Shown one piece after another: positions 1-9,591 of a stretch of 15,710 nt of DNA; within the stretch, counting starts at the first letter, position 1, and every line of letters starts with the position of its first letter. Origin of the DNA: Candidatus Cloacimonadota bacterium (GTDB taxonomy: Bacteria; Cloacimonadota; Cloacimonadia; JGIOTU-2); the NCBI GenBank assembly GCA_049903315.1, contig JBNGBT010000020.1:1-15710 (forward strand). The letters run 5' to 3'. The translations under genes and the position numbers were made by a program. The notes beneath the pieces are model-generated. The model was not told where the DNA came from and made no database searches. It saw only the letters and a program-made list of their open reading frames with translations.

Positions 1-474
1 ATAGCCGCAAGATTTTAAGTTACCACCTGTCAAACAGTATGGATACAGCTTTTTGTATCGAAGCACTTGCCGAGGCAATCGATCTGTATGGCTGTCCAGA
101 GATTGTCAATACCGATCAGGGGGCTCAGTTCACCAGTGAAGATTTCACTGATTTTCTCAGCTCGAAAGGTATCCAAATCAGTATGGACGGGAAAGGTCGC
201 TGGATCGACAATGTTTTCATCGAACGGTTCTGGCGCAGCTTGAAGTACGAGGATGTTTACATCCATTGCTACGAGACAATCCCGGAAGCAAGAGCAGGCA
301 TCCCTGTCTGGATTGACTACTACAACTCATCAAGGCGACATGATTCTCTTGGAAGAAAAACGCCGGATGAATGCTATTTCAAAGAACCTGACTCTCAAAG
401 AGTTGCTTAACTCTACCTGGTGGTTTTACACCTTAACTTGATGGTTTATTGTCCAACCCACGGGGTCCATCTCT
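1..474 (+). mobile_element. IS3-family insertion sequence, 3' end (left part outside window)
   Basis: Integrase-core ORF followed by TGTCCAACCCACGGGGTCCATCTCT (450-474), which resembles IS3-type right ends. GC content falls sharply after ~474. The end point is approximate because the partner IR is not in the window. Confidence 0.8.
3..410 (+). CDS. IS3-family transposase OrfB (DDE/rve integrase core), 5'-partial
   Basis: The frame is open from the window edge (SRKILSYHLSNSMDTAFC...). Motifs NTDQGAQFTS, MDGKGRWIDNVFIERFWRSLKYE and YNSSRRHDSLG are typical of IS3-family transposases. Confidence 0.93.
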   Translation, partial: SRKILSYHLSNSMDTAFCIEALAEAIDLYGCPEIVNTDQGAQFTSEDFTDFLSSKGIQISMDGKGRWIDNVFIERFWRSLKYEDVYIHCYETIPEARAGIPVWIDYYNSSRRHDSLGRKTPDECYFKEPDSQRVA

Positions 475-521
475 ATACTATGCCACCCTTTACTTTTTTG
501 CTAGTGAATCATTCTGGCTAG

Positions 522-1823
522 CTATCTCTCATGATTATTTTTATATTTATAAATTCCACTTATCCCCATTAACATTGTAAGTATTATCCAACCATCAATT
601 GAATACGCGTTTGCGAACATACCCCATATAAAGAATGAGATTAATGGACAAACCATTCCAAATGTTATAAACATAAACTCGTCGCTTCTATTGTTAATTG
701 TTATTCTGATTTTTGTGAAAAAATATTGCTTAAAAAATACAAACAAAAAAACCATTCCTATAAAACCAAAGTTACCTAACCATACAATAAAGAAATTGTG
801 TGGAGATCTTTCATAAATTCTCCTACCAGCACTCATATAATAAATGTTGGCATTTTCAACAATATTATCCCAACTTGAATTGCCAAAACCAATTAGCGGG
901 GAAGTTTTAACAATATATTCAAATGCCAAAATCCATATGCCCCCAATTCTGGATGCAAGATTTCCCCTCAACTGATTTATACCTAAGGATTGTAAATCTC
1001 GCATATTCTTAATGGTATGAATATCTTCTGGAGTTAAAATCTTTACAGACAAGTAATAAACTAGAAATGGTAACACAAATAGTAGAAACATCCTTAGTAT
1101 ATTAATTCTAACAAAAATTAAGATTAATACTATTATTGTTAACATAATAGAAAAAATGGATGCTCGTGTTCCGTTCAGAAATACAACAATTGGTAGTATT
1201 ATGATTGTGAAAAAAAATATTATGTTGCGCTGTTTTCGGAAATGATAGATAAAAAGAGGAAATACAACTGAAAGCACACCTCCGTCCTCATTTGCATTAC
1301 CAAATAAAACTTGCGGACGGGTGATTCGAAAACCTAAAGGTAAACCGGTTCTTATGAATTGTAGCAAATATAGGATTATCATTAAAACAAATAGTATAGA
1401 TGCAAGTCGAAATATAAGAATTACATTATTTTGGTTACCGTATATCACTATTAATAATAAAAATGAGAAATACAACAAATATCTATTAACACCAATCAAT
1501 CCCTGATAATCACCGAGAATAACGGATTGAAGTACCATGTAGACAAAAAATAAAAATATTATAGTTACTAATTCTCTATATGGTTTATATTTATAAATAT
1601 ACATTCTTTTCAATGCAAGACATAAATAAGTAATCATAAGTAGAAACTGTGGAATAAAAATATCATATCGAAAACCTCTAAAAGATTCTATATAAATACT
1701 TATACCTGTAATAGAGTCAAATAGATAAATATAATTATTATATAACAAGTATATAAAATAAGATATTGTTACAAAACTAAATGTTCTGTCACTCTTATAA
1801 CTATTTTTGACAATTTGTTTCAT
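522..1823 (-). CDS. wzy: O-antigen polymerase / O-antigen ligase family membrane protein (Wzy/WaaL-like)
   Basis: 433 aa with many hydrophobic segments and very AT-rich DNA. Motifs FGNANE, GTRAS, PLIGFG and SPHN are typical of the Wzy_C family. Lies in a locus with wzx. Polymerase versus ligase cannot be settled from sequence. Confidence 0.75.
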   Translation of the reverse strand: MKQIVKNSYKSDRTFSFVTISYFIYLLYNNYIYLFDSITGISIYIESFRGFRYDIFIPQFLLMITYLCLALKRMYIYKYKPYRELVTIIFLFFVYMVLQSVILGDYQGLIGVNRYLLYFSFLLLIVIYGNQNNVILIFRLASILFVLMIILYLLQFIRTGLPLGFRITRPQVLFGNANEDGGVLSVVFPLFIYHFRKQRNIIFFFTIIILPIVVFLNGTRASIFSIMLTIIVLILIFVRINILRMFLLFVLPFLVYYLSVKILTPEDIHTIKNMRDLQSLGINQLRGNLASRIGGIWILAFEYIVKTSPLIGFGNSSWDNIVENANIYYMSAGRRIYERSPHNFFIVWLGNFGFIGMVFLFVFFKQYFFTKIRITINNRSDEFMFITFGMVCPLISFFIWGMFANAYSIDGWIILTMLMGISGIYKYKNNHER

Positions 1824-3041
1824 ATATTACAAAATATTATTATGTAATTTGTCAAGTCACTACTGTCCGGGTAAAATAATGTCATTTGTTTAATTGGCTC
1901 TCTGGCTTTTCGAATAGTCATAGGAGATAACGACAAGATATCTATCAAATTGACTCTTTCCATCATCACTTCCCGGATCATAATGCTCAACTCGGTAATC
2001 GTTTTTGACAGCTTCGTCTGGAAACTGATGTAACTCAATAGCAGATAATAGCACATCGCCACCCAGATCTGGCTCAATACTGCATTGCAACTGGATCCCA
2101 GGAAGGATTTGATCTTCAGGTTTTGCTTGACCCATTTGAAAAACAGTTCTATCTGCCAGCGATCTTTATAGATACCTGCAATGGTAATAGCGGCCAGATT
2201 CAGGTTATTGGTAATGTGCTCGTAATACTCACCCGTATCCGGTGATAAATAACCCACCAGACATATTTCCTGGGGATATTTATCTTTGTTCAAAAGTCCA
2301 GTTAACCGGATAACATCATCTTGAACGATATGTTTGTTCTTCAACGGTTTGTGCTGTCCGGTAACTTCATATGCCATGTTGCTCTTGGCACATGTTACAA
2401 AAAACACATCTCTTTGATCGAGGGAATACAACCACTTATAATCAATGTAGGCCATATCAACAGCCAGGATGCTGTCCGGTAAGAGGGCAAAATCCAGCTT
2501 CTCCTGGCTTTTAGCAACTGTGATATCATGGCGCTTGCCATTGGTCACGATCATAAAACTTGGCATCATTCCCAAATGATTCAGCAGATAATGCAGTTTG
2601 ATGGCTCCTTTTCGTTTCCTGAACTTTGCCCGGGAAAAACGGACAGACACATCTCAATGGTGGTAGAGTCCATACTGATCAGTGGATTCTTGAAACGAAA
2701 TCGATGCTTTGGTGTCATGGAGCAACAGCGGTCCAGTAGTTTGTAAAACAGCCCTTCATAGATCTGCCATGGACGCTGATTTATAGCATCAGACAGGGTA
2801 CTGCGTTTGACGCCTGTAAATCCCAGATGATACCATTTGCTATGGTGAACTTGAAGAGATGTCTCGATCTCTCTCAAACTGTCCTTACATTGATCTGGAC
2901 AACCAACAAAACGATGAACTGCTGCCAGCCAGTGAAATACTTCGTATAACGGTTCGCATTGTATTGTTTTTCAAGTTTCTCAAATTCATATCTCTGAAAA
3001 AGATTCAGAAGTTCTTCCAGTACCGGTGTAATTTTCCGCAT
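1820..3041 (-). pseudogene. IS4-family transposase, frameshifted twice (near 2888 and 2633), with stop read-through
   Basis: ATG at 3041 after GAGGAG gives MRKITPVLEELL...WQQF. A second frame carries SLREIE...RSTLSDA...DSTTI. A third carries AKFRKRKGAIKLH...D-AY...YKDRWQIELFFKWVKQNL (IS4 Y-(2)-R-(3)-E-(6)-K signature). Two single-base losses join the pieces. Confidence 0.88.
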
Positions 3042-3140
3042 GGTCTGATTCTCCTCTATTAATTACTTTTTGACCGGGATATTTTATCCCATTTTTGAGA
3101 AATTTCAGACCTAACTTTTTATTTTAACCGGACACTACAG
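1858..3140 (-). mobile_element. IS4-family insertion sequence (1283 bp), decayed
   Basis: Terminal IRs CACTACTGTCCGGGTAAAAT (1858-1877) and rc of 3121-3140 CTGTAGTGTCCGGTTAAAAT match at 16/20. Flanked by an exact 9-bp duplication TTGTCAAGT (1849-1857 and 3141-3149). Confidence 0.92.
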
Positions 3141-3320
3141 TTGTCAAGTCTTAAATGTTGGAGTAAAAAAATCTGGAAATATCTTCAAAAAGCAGTTCTA
3201 TATCAATTTATGTGTCTAACTTTTCACGTGGTTGAGTCATAATACCATCCTAATTTTTATGTAAAGGTTTTTACAGTTGGCTCAACCATCTTTTATATAG
3301 GGCTTCCTGAATAAGTCAAG

Positions 3321-4904
3321 TTAATCACTATTGGGAGAAACGCTAAAACGCCCAAATTCAGGCGATAAAACAGCTTTTTGAATTATTCGACGCAGAGCAT
3401 TGCTGATTGAAGATAATTTTGCGATGACCTGCTCCAAAAAATGAGATAAAAATGAACCTGACCAATGTTTCGCCAGATTCATGACAAAGATTACCATCGC
3501 GATCCCCGCCTGCTCTGAATGCCATATGCATGCAGCGGACAGGCAACTCTCACTTGTCGCCCTTGTCTTAGCCATTACCAGTCCCAGGCTGAATCGTCGT
3601 TTTCCGTTTCCGAACTTCCCCTCCACTTGATTCCGCTTTGCTGATTCTATTTTATTTCGTTTTCGTTCATCCGACGAGATATTTTTCTTCTGCTTTGGAC
3701 GCCCCAGCGGAGCTCCTCCATACATCTCAATATTATGTTTCTTCACCCATTTGCGGTTCTCACGATTCCAGTAAATTTTATCACCATTCACCGATGCCGG
3801 ATAACACCCAAATTTGGTCCGGTACTCTTCACAGGCACGGATCAGATCGCTGCCTTCGTTGTAGGCATTCCAACTCAGGTTATCAAGATAGACATTCCCG
3901 TCGATCACTACTGCAGATATCTTCGCTCCAAATTCTGTTCTTTTCCCAGCCTTTCCCCGGATGATTGGCCGGATATGTGGTTGTGAAATGCTCACGATCC
4001 GATCATCAATGCGATTTTCCCGGCGGTCATACATCTCCTGCTGCAGACGATAAACTTCCCGGATTATCCACAGATGACGCCAGGATTTCTTGTCAAACGG
4101 AATGGGCATGTTCTCCGACTGGTAGATGTCCAGCAGTGTGTCAATATGGGCAAGATCACGACGGACATATCCCAGCTGGTGACGAACCGCCTTACGGGTT
4201 TTGGTATAACCGGCATTCCGCTGGCGGGTGAAGGCCAGGTAACGCTTGCGGGCCTGACGACGATATGTTCTCGGTTTTTTCGGCAGAAGTCCCGGATACC
4301 AAAGCTGATCTATCAGATCTTCAGCAATCTCCCGGGCCTGGTTCAACAAGCCGACATCGGTGGGATAACGTATGTCACCGGGAGCTACTGTGGCATCGAT
4401 TATCAGCATCCCCTTGTTCTCCGGTTCAGGAGATGATGGGTTTTCTGTATTTTGATCTTTATCGGAAGAAGCTGAAGGGGGGTCTTGATCATCATGATCT
4501 GGTTGATTGATATTGGACAAAATCAGATCGTTGATTTCTTTTTTTCTTTCCATGACAAGCCGATTGCGTATCTCGACAAACAAGGATGGATCAAATACGG
4601 TCCGGGGTTCGAAGTTTTTAAAACCAAGGAAGAATTGATAATAGGGGTTTTCCCGGATATCTTCGATGACTTCCTCATCAGGCAGTTTTTTCAGATGCTT
4701 GATGATCAGTACACCAACTACCACGCGTGATGGAAGTGCTGGGGGACCCATTTTGGACTTCATGCTGCGGTTGTAAACCAGTCCGATTTCTTCCCAGGGT
4801 ATTGTTTCGGAAAGCTTGACCCAGCGGTTTTCCGGATCAAGTTTACCATCAAAGGGAAGAAAGAAGTCCAGCACGGTCTGTTTACTGTAATTGTCACGAA
4901 TCAT
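3321..4904 (-). CDS. IS5-family DDE transposase
   Basis: 527 aa. Motifs LDPENRWVKL, ENPYYQFFLG, IDATVAPGDIRYPTD, DRIVSISQPHIRPIIRGK...EFGAK, DKIY and RNQVEGKFG. Confidence 0.92.
   Translation of the reverse strand: MIRDNYSKQTVLDFFLPFDGKLDPENRWVKLSETIPWEEIGLVYNRSMKSKMGPPALPSRVVVGVLIIKHLKKLPDEEVIEDIRENPYYQFFLGFKNFEPRTVFDPSLFVEIRNRLVMERKKEINDLILSNINQPDHDDQDPPSASSDKDQNTENPSSPEPENKGMLIIDATVAPGDIRYPTDVGLLNQAREIAEDLIDQLWYPGLLPKKPRTYRRQARKRYLAFTRQRNAGYTKTRKAVRHQLGYVRRDLAHIDTLLDIYQSENMPIPFDKKSWRHLWIIREVYRLQQEMYDRRENRIDDRIVSISQPHIRPIIRGKAGKRTEFGAKISAVVIDGNVYLDNLSWNAYNEGSDLIRACEEYRTKFGCYPASVNGDKIYWNRENRKWVKKHNIEMYGGAPLGRPKQKKNISSDERKRNKIESAKRNQVEGKFGNGKRRFSLGLVMAKTRATSESCLSAACIWHSEQAGIAMVIFVMNLAKHWSGSFLSHFLEQVIAKLSSISNALRRIIQKAVLSPEFGRFSVSPNSD
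3505..3543 (-). repeat. 39-bp GC-rich hairpin insert (CCTG...CAGGCGGG on minus strand), in frame in IS5 transposase
   Basis: Deleting 3505-3543 changes ES-CLSAACIWHSEQAG-IAM to ES-W-IAM. The insert is imperfectly self-complementary. Confidence 0.75.
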
Positions 4905-5056
4905 GATAATGCTGACCTATATGTATTTCTGCAAGGGAATTGAACAGAATATGCTATATATCTTGCACATAATCTACAATAATATGCACATATATCATTG
5001 TTAATAAATATGTTGTGAATTATTCAGGAAGCCTATATATTTTTCTTTACTTTCTT

Positions 5057-6508
5057 TCACCCCAACTTACGAGACGTGACCATATAATATTTTTTTAATG
5101 CTACAATATCAATGAGTTGGAATCTATTGACTAAAAATAGATAAAGTGAAACATGGATAATCATAAATAAAACCAATCCAAGAATAGTACTACTTAAAAT
5201 GATATTATTAAAATACTTAAAAATGTAAAATAGTCCAAAGTTTATCCCTAAAATCTCAAAAATCCCAATTAAGAGCATTTTTCTTTCTAATTCCAATACT
5301 TTTGAAATAACAATTAGTTTGATACAAAAACCAACAACCACTGAAAAAAGATAACTCCATAACATAGCCTTGATGGAATATCTACAAAAGACAATTAAGA
5401 GAGTTAGCAATATAATTTTTTCAGCTACATCAAGCAAAAGAGCAATACCTGGCAATCCTTTTGAATTAATGCTATTTAGAAAAATAGCATTAATTGGTAT
5501 AAATATTCCAATTAAACAAAGAATTCGGAAATATGGCACTGCAGGAAGCCACTTCTCAGTTAAAACAACTTCAAACAGGATATCTGCATGGAGATTTAAA
5601 AACAATAAAACAGGGGTAATTAATATCGCTGAGATATTTAAAATACTAACAAACGTAGAAGCCAATTTCATACTATCACTCTGGATTTTAGAAAAATATG
5701 GAAATGTGGTTTTATTTAGAATATTTGTCATTATATCAGAGGGAAATCGTTGTATTTGGCGAGATTTGGTAAAATAACCTAATTGAGTTGTAGAATAATA
5801 CCTTCCAATCAAAATACTTAGAATATTATCGGAAACTGCTTTTAATAAAGACATTAGAAAAACCTTATAGCCAAACTGGAAAATTTTATTAAAAGATCTT
5901 ACAGAGAATATGATATTGGGTATCCAACCACAATGAATCCACAACAACAATGATCTTATCAGTGCAGTCATAAGTATCTGTAATACAAGTGCATACACAC
6001 CCGCTCCATTATATGCTGCAAATATGCAAACACAACCGGTAATTATGGTAGAAGAAATATTAATCATTGATAATTTCTTAAAACAAAGTTCTCTAGACAA
6101 GATTGCTGTCGGAACAACAACCATTCCATTTATAATTATAGAGATTCCTATAATTCTAATGACACGTGTTAATTTTTCTTCTTCAAAGTAAGTAGAAAGA
6201 TGAGGAGCAATTAAAAATATGATTATATATATAATAATACTAACTGATATATTGAATAAAAACGCTGTAGATTTATCTAAAATTGTGAGATTTGAGGCCT
6301 GAATTAAAGCAGTAGCAAATCCTCCGACTACAAATATCTGTGATAAAGATATAATAATATTTGAAATTCCTAGTAACCCAAAATCAGATGGATCTATAAT
6401 TCGTGCAAGAATTATTGAAATGAAGAAACCTAATCCTCGCCCGGCGAAAGCTTCAATACCATTCCACACAAATCCTTTGACTGCTTTTTCTTCAAGCGAA
6501 ACAGCCAA
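5057..6508 (-). CDS. wzx: Polysaccharide flippase (Wzx/WzxC-like, MOP superfamily)
   Basis: 483 aa, TTG start. N-terminus SLEEKAVKGFVW...ILARIIDPSDFGL...ALIQ, plus FGYKVF and LGYF motifs; many TM segments. Confidence 0.9.
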   Translation of the reverse strand: MAVSLEEKAVKGFVWNGIEAFAGRGLGFFISIILARIIDPSDFGLLGISNIIISLSQIFVVGGFATALIQASNLTILDKSTAFLFNISVSIIIYIIIFLIAPHLSTYFEEEKLTRVIRIIGISIIINGMVVVPTAILSRELCFKKLSMINISSTIITGCVCIFAAYNGAGVYALVLQILMTALIRSLLLWIHCGWIPNIIFSVRSFNKIFQFGYKVFLMSLLKAVSDNILSILIGRYYSTTQLGYFTKSRQIQRFPSDIMTNILNKTTFPYFSKIQSDSMKLASTFVSILNISAILITPVLLFLNLHADILFEVVLTEKWLPAVPYFRILCLIGIFIPINAIFLNSINSKGLPGIALLLDVAEKIILLTLLIVFCRYSIKAMLWSYLFSVVVGFCIKLIVISKVLELERKMLLIGIFEILGINFGLFYIFKYFNNIILSSTILGLVLFMIIHVSLYLFLVNRFQLIDIVALKKYYMVTSRKLG

Positions 6509-6514
6509 AAGTAA

Positions 6515-7330
6515 TTAATCCTTAGTTATATATGATAACAATTCACTTCCACATTTCTTCTCAATTGTGCTTTTTATCTTATCCTTTAAATACTGAGTAC
6601 CATCTTTCTTTTGAGTTCTTACAAAATTCAAATCTAGTGCTTTCTTTCTATGAACGAGGTGCAGTTTCTCTGTTTCAGACATACGCTCCCTTGAAGATAA
6701 TGTCAAGATATTTGTTATCTCACTATCATTTAAGTATAATCCAAAAGTGCACATTAAATTATAGAGTGATAACCTTGGATTCAAAATAAAGTCCTCATAC
6801 CTAACGTGGATCATTCTTTCGTCACCAAATAGTCTTTTTGGATCTTTAATATATGACTCAGTATGCGATATCCAATTATCAATCCCATATTTTCTGCTCT
6901 CTATAAACTCCTCTATAGTTAAATCTGAGTTAATTCTATTATACTTTTTTATATATCGATAATAAGATATCATTACATCATTCGGATTTCTTGAAATATA
7001 GATAATTCGCTTCATGAAAGGATTTCTTCTTGAATGAGTTGTAAATATTCTAGGAATTTCTCGAATACCAAATGGGCCATTTAAAGAATCATTGTATTTT
7101 GTAATCGGTGGAATAATATCTTGTATTGTGAAAAAATTAACTTCCTTAATTATATTATATTTTTCTCTTATAGAATTAGCTATTAAAAACCTAATCCAAG
7201 TGTTGCCAGATTTTGGAAACGAAGAGATAAATATATCTGATGACTGGGGATTATTTGGTAAAAAATTACAATACTTTAGCTTATTGAAATTTATCTGAAC
7301 ATTTTTTATACAGTTTTTTACTATTCTCAT
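6515..7330 (-). CDS. PAPS-dependent sulfotransferase
   Basis: 5'-PSB loop SFPKSGNTW, catalytic-type TH, 3'-PB motif RNPNDVMISYY, and VRYED. Confidence 0.88.
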   Translation of the reverse strand: MRIVKNCIKNVQINFNKLKYCNFLPNNPQSSDIFISSFPKSGNTWIRFLIANSIREKYNIIKEVNFFTIQDIIPPITKYNDSLNGPFGIREIPRIFTTHSRRNPFMKRIIYISRNPNDVMISYYRYIKKYNRINSDLTIEEFIESRKYGIDNWISHTESYIKDPKRLFGDERMIHVRYEDFILNPRLSLYNLMCTFGLYLNDSEITNILTLSSRERMSETEKLHLVHRKKALDLNFVRTQKKDGTQYLKDKIKSTIEKKCGSELLSYITKD

Positions 7331-7335
7331 ACTAA

Positions 7336-8466
7336 CTACTTACTTGTGATTCCCCACCATTTATTACTTAATTTAGTATTACCACTAACTAGACATAAAA
7401 CTCGGTTTGAAAAATCGTCTATAAAATATTCTTTCGGATAGCAAACAGTATTTTCACAGCTGGAAGTAATCATTATATAAACTGAAGTAAGAAGATTTTC
7501 GCCTTGAAGACCAGCAAGTATAATTTTTCCGGCATCCTGACACTCAGGTCTTTCCATGGAATTTCTTAAGGAAACTGCCGGAAAACCAAGTATAGCTGAC
7601 TCTTCACTAATTGTACCAGAATCAGAAATAGTACATCGGGCGTATTTTTGCAAGCAAATATAGTCAGAAAACCTAAATGGTTTCATAAAACGTATTTTAC
7701 TTGAAGAGGAAACATATCCAATTTCATCCATTTTCTTATGTGTACGTGGGTGAGTAGATACTACTATTGGGAGTTGCCATTCTTTTTCAAGAAGTTTAAG
7801 TGTTTCAAGAATTTGCTTAAGATGTTTTGGATTATCCACATTTTCTTCGCGATGCATAGATACAACGAAATAATTCCTGGGGTTAAGATTTAGTTCTTCA
7901 AGAATGTTTGACAAAGAGATTTTGTCCTTTTGCTCATTAAGAACTTCCATCATTGGAGAACCAGTTAAGTATATCCTGCGATGTGGTAAACCTTCAGAAA
8001 TCAAATGTCTTCTTGCGTGCTCAGTATATACCAAATTAAAATCTGCTATATGATCTAAGATTTTCCTATTTATCTCTTCTGGCACATTCATGTCAAAACT
8101 TCTATTTCCAGCTTCCATATGAAAAATGGGGATTTTCATCCGTTTAGCAATAATTGCCGCAATACTGCTATTAGTGTCCCCAAGGATTAACAATGCTTCA
8201 GGCTTAACATCGTTAAAAGCTTCCTCAGATTTGATTAATATATCCCCATATACGCGACCTATACTAGTTGTATCACAATTAAGAAAAATGTCAGGTTTTC
8301 TAAGATTGAGGTCTTCAAAAAACACCTCATTTAACTCATAATCATAATTTTGGCCTGTGTGTATTAGCGTGTGATCAAGAAATTGATCTAGTTTTTTTAT
8401 TGTTGCGGATAGTCTTATAATCTCAGGACGAGTTCCGATGACTGTACAAACTTTGAGCTTTTTCAT
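7336..8466 (-). CDS. fnlC: UDP-2-acetamido-2,6-dideoxy-L-talose 2-epimerase (FnlC/WbjD/Cap5G; WecB-type fold)
   Basis: Motifs GTRPEIIRL, HTGQNYDYELN, GDTNS, HMEAGNR, PEEINR, HREENVD and DSGTISEE. Directly follows fnlA-fnlB. Confidence 0.9.
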   Translation of the reverse strand: MKKLKVCTVIGTRPEIIRLSATIKKLDQFLDHTLIHTGQNYDYELNEVFFEDLNLRKPDIFLNCDTTSIGRVYGDILIKSEEAFNDVKPEALLILGDTNSSIAAIIAKRMKIPIFHMEAGNRSFDMNVPEEINRKILDHIADFNLVYTEHARRHLISEGLPHRRIYLTGSPMMEVLNEQKDKISLSNILEELNLNPRNYFVVSMHREENVDNPKHLKQILETLKLLEKEWQLPIVVSTHPRTHKKMDEIGYVSSSSKIRFMKPFRFSDYICLQKYARCTISDSGTISEESAILGFPAVSLRNSMERPECQDAGKIILAGLQGENLLTSVYIMITSSCENTVCYPKEYFIDDFSNRVLCLVSGNTKLSNKWWGITSK

Positions 8467-8478
8467 AGTATTTGATTA

Positions 8479-9591
8479 TTAAACTTCTTGCCAATAAGTA
8501 TCTGGATTATTTACGTTATACTGTTCATTTATCCAAAATGCTGTGATCAATTCATTTCTTCCAACATTTGTTATATTATGGGTATACCAAATCGGCATAT
8601 CAACAAATGCTGGACACTCACTCGATAATTTATATGTATATACAATATCGCTATTTACTTTTCTGAGTTTAATTTCGGCTTCACCTGAGAGCACCATAAA
8701 TCGTTCAACTTTTCGAGTATGATAGTGATTACCTCTGGTAATTCCCGGCATAGTTGTAGAAAATGAGAACTGTCCACCACTACCTGTTTTGATTAGCTGA
8801 GTAAATTGACCACGCTCATCAGCATTGATTTTCAATTCCACTGGGAAAAATGTCTTTAAATCAACGTATCCTCGAAATGTATTGAATAGGTCCAGACTAA
8901 ACTGGTTAGATATATCGGGAACTGAGTTTTTTTGGATATAACTTTTATAGAATCTATTAAGCTTAGAAAGAAGATCACTTACAGAAACAGTATACTGTTT
9001 ATCTATTAATAGCTCATGAGTGTTATCATGATTTAAAATCAATAGATTTATTCGTTCAACTAATTTATTAACATAAATCAAATCAATTTGAGAGTCTACA
9101 ATAATTTCAGGAACCTCACCATGAAGAATTTGGTGTGAAAATGTGGCAACAACAGAGTTATAAAATGGATTTCCGTACGGACCAAAAACGTTAGGGATTA
9201 CCATTCCAGTAAATTTCTTGTTTGTTCGTTTTGACCAATTTATCCATTTATCACGACATTCCTTTTTTGCACTCCCATAAACACTATCATTTGACTCTTG
9301 AGTTGAACTAGAAAATAAGATATGCTCCGTTTTACCAGTTCTTTCACACGCATTAATCAGTTTGTCGGTTAACTCTATGTTTTTGGAAAAAATATAATCG
9401 TCACTGAAATGGCGATTTACTCCTGCAAGATGGACGATGACATCACATTCTCCACAAAACTGATCAAGCTTTAAATCATCGTCAAAATAACTGTCTTTAA
9501 ACGGTATAAGGTTATAATTGCATAAAGACAAGTAGTTAAATAAATGTGTACCTATAAAACCTGCTTGCCCGGTGATACCAATAGATTTCAT
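8479..9591 (-). CDS. fnlB: FnlB/WbjC/CapF reductase-epimerase (SDR plus cupin domains)
   Basis: GQAGFIG, HLAGVNR, YGSAK and PNVFG...YNSVVATF; C-terminal cupin DERG...PGITRGNHYH...YTHNITN. Confidence 0.9.
   Translation of the reverse strand: MKSIGITGQAGFIGTHLFNYLSLCNYNLIPFKDSYFDDDLKLDQFCGECDVIVHLAGVNRHFSDDYIFSKNIELTDKLINACERTGKTEHILFSSSTQESNDSVYGSAKKECRDKWINWSKRTNKKFTGMVIPNVFGPYGNPFYNSVVATFSHQILHGEVPEIIVDSQIDLIYVNKLVERINLLILNHDNTHELLIDKQYTVSVSDLLSKLNRFYKSYIQKNSVPDISNQFSLDLFNTFRGYVDLKTFFPVELKINADERGQFTQLIKTGSGGQFSFSTTMPGITRGNHYHTRKVERFMVLSGEAEIKLRKVNSDIVYTYKLSSECPAFVDMPIWYTHNITNVGRNELITAFWINEQYNVNNPDTYWQEV

Larger units (their letters stand above)
3300..5033 (-). mobile_element. IS5-family insertion sequence (~1.73 kb)
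   Basis: IRs GGCTTCCTGAATAAGTCA (3301-3318) and rc of 5016-5033 GGCTTCCTGAATAATTCA match at 17/18. TATATA lies on both flanks (3294-3299, 5034-5039). The boundary is ambiguous by 1 nt. Confidence 0.88.

Noticed and set aside
30..441. ORFs 30-266 (-) and 253-441 (+)
   Set aside because: Shadows overlapping the IS3 transposase.
4410..4510. Acidic, Pro/Ser-rich stretch in the IS5 transposase as another insertion
   Set aside because: A variable low-complexity linker before the first catalytic Asp is usual in this transposase group, and no hairpin ends are visible.
3358..4730. Several overlapping 60-120 aa ORFs within IS5
   Set aside because: Antisense or alternate-frame shadows of a GC-richer transposase gene with no recognisable motifs.
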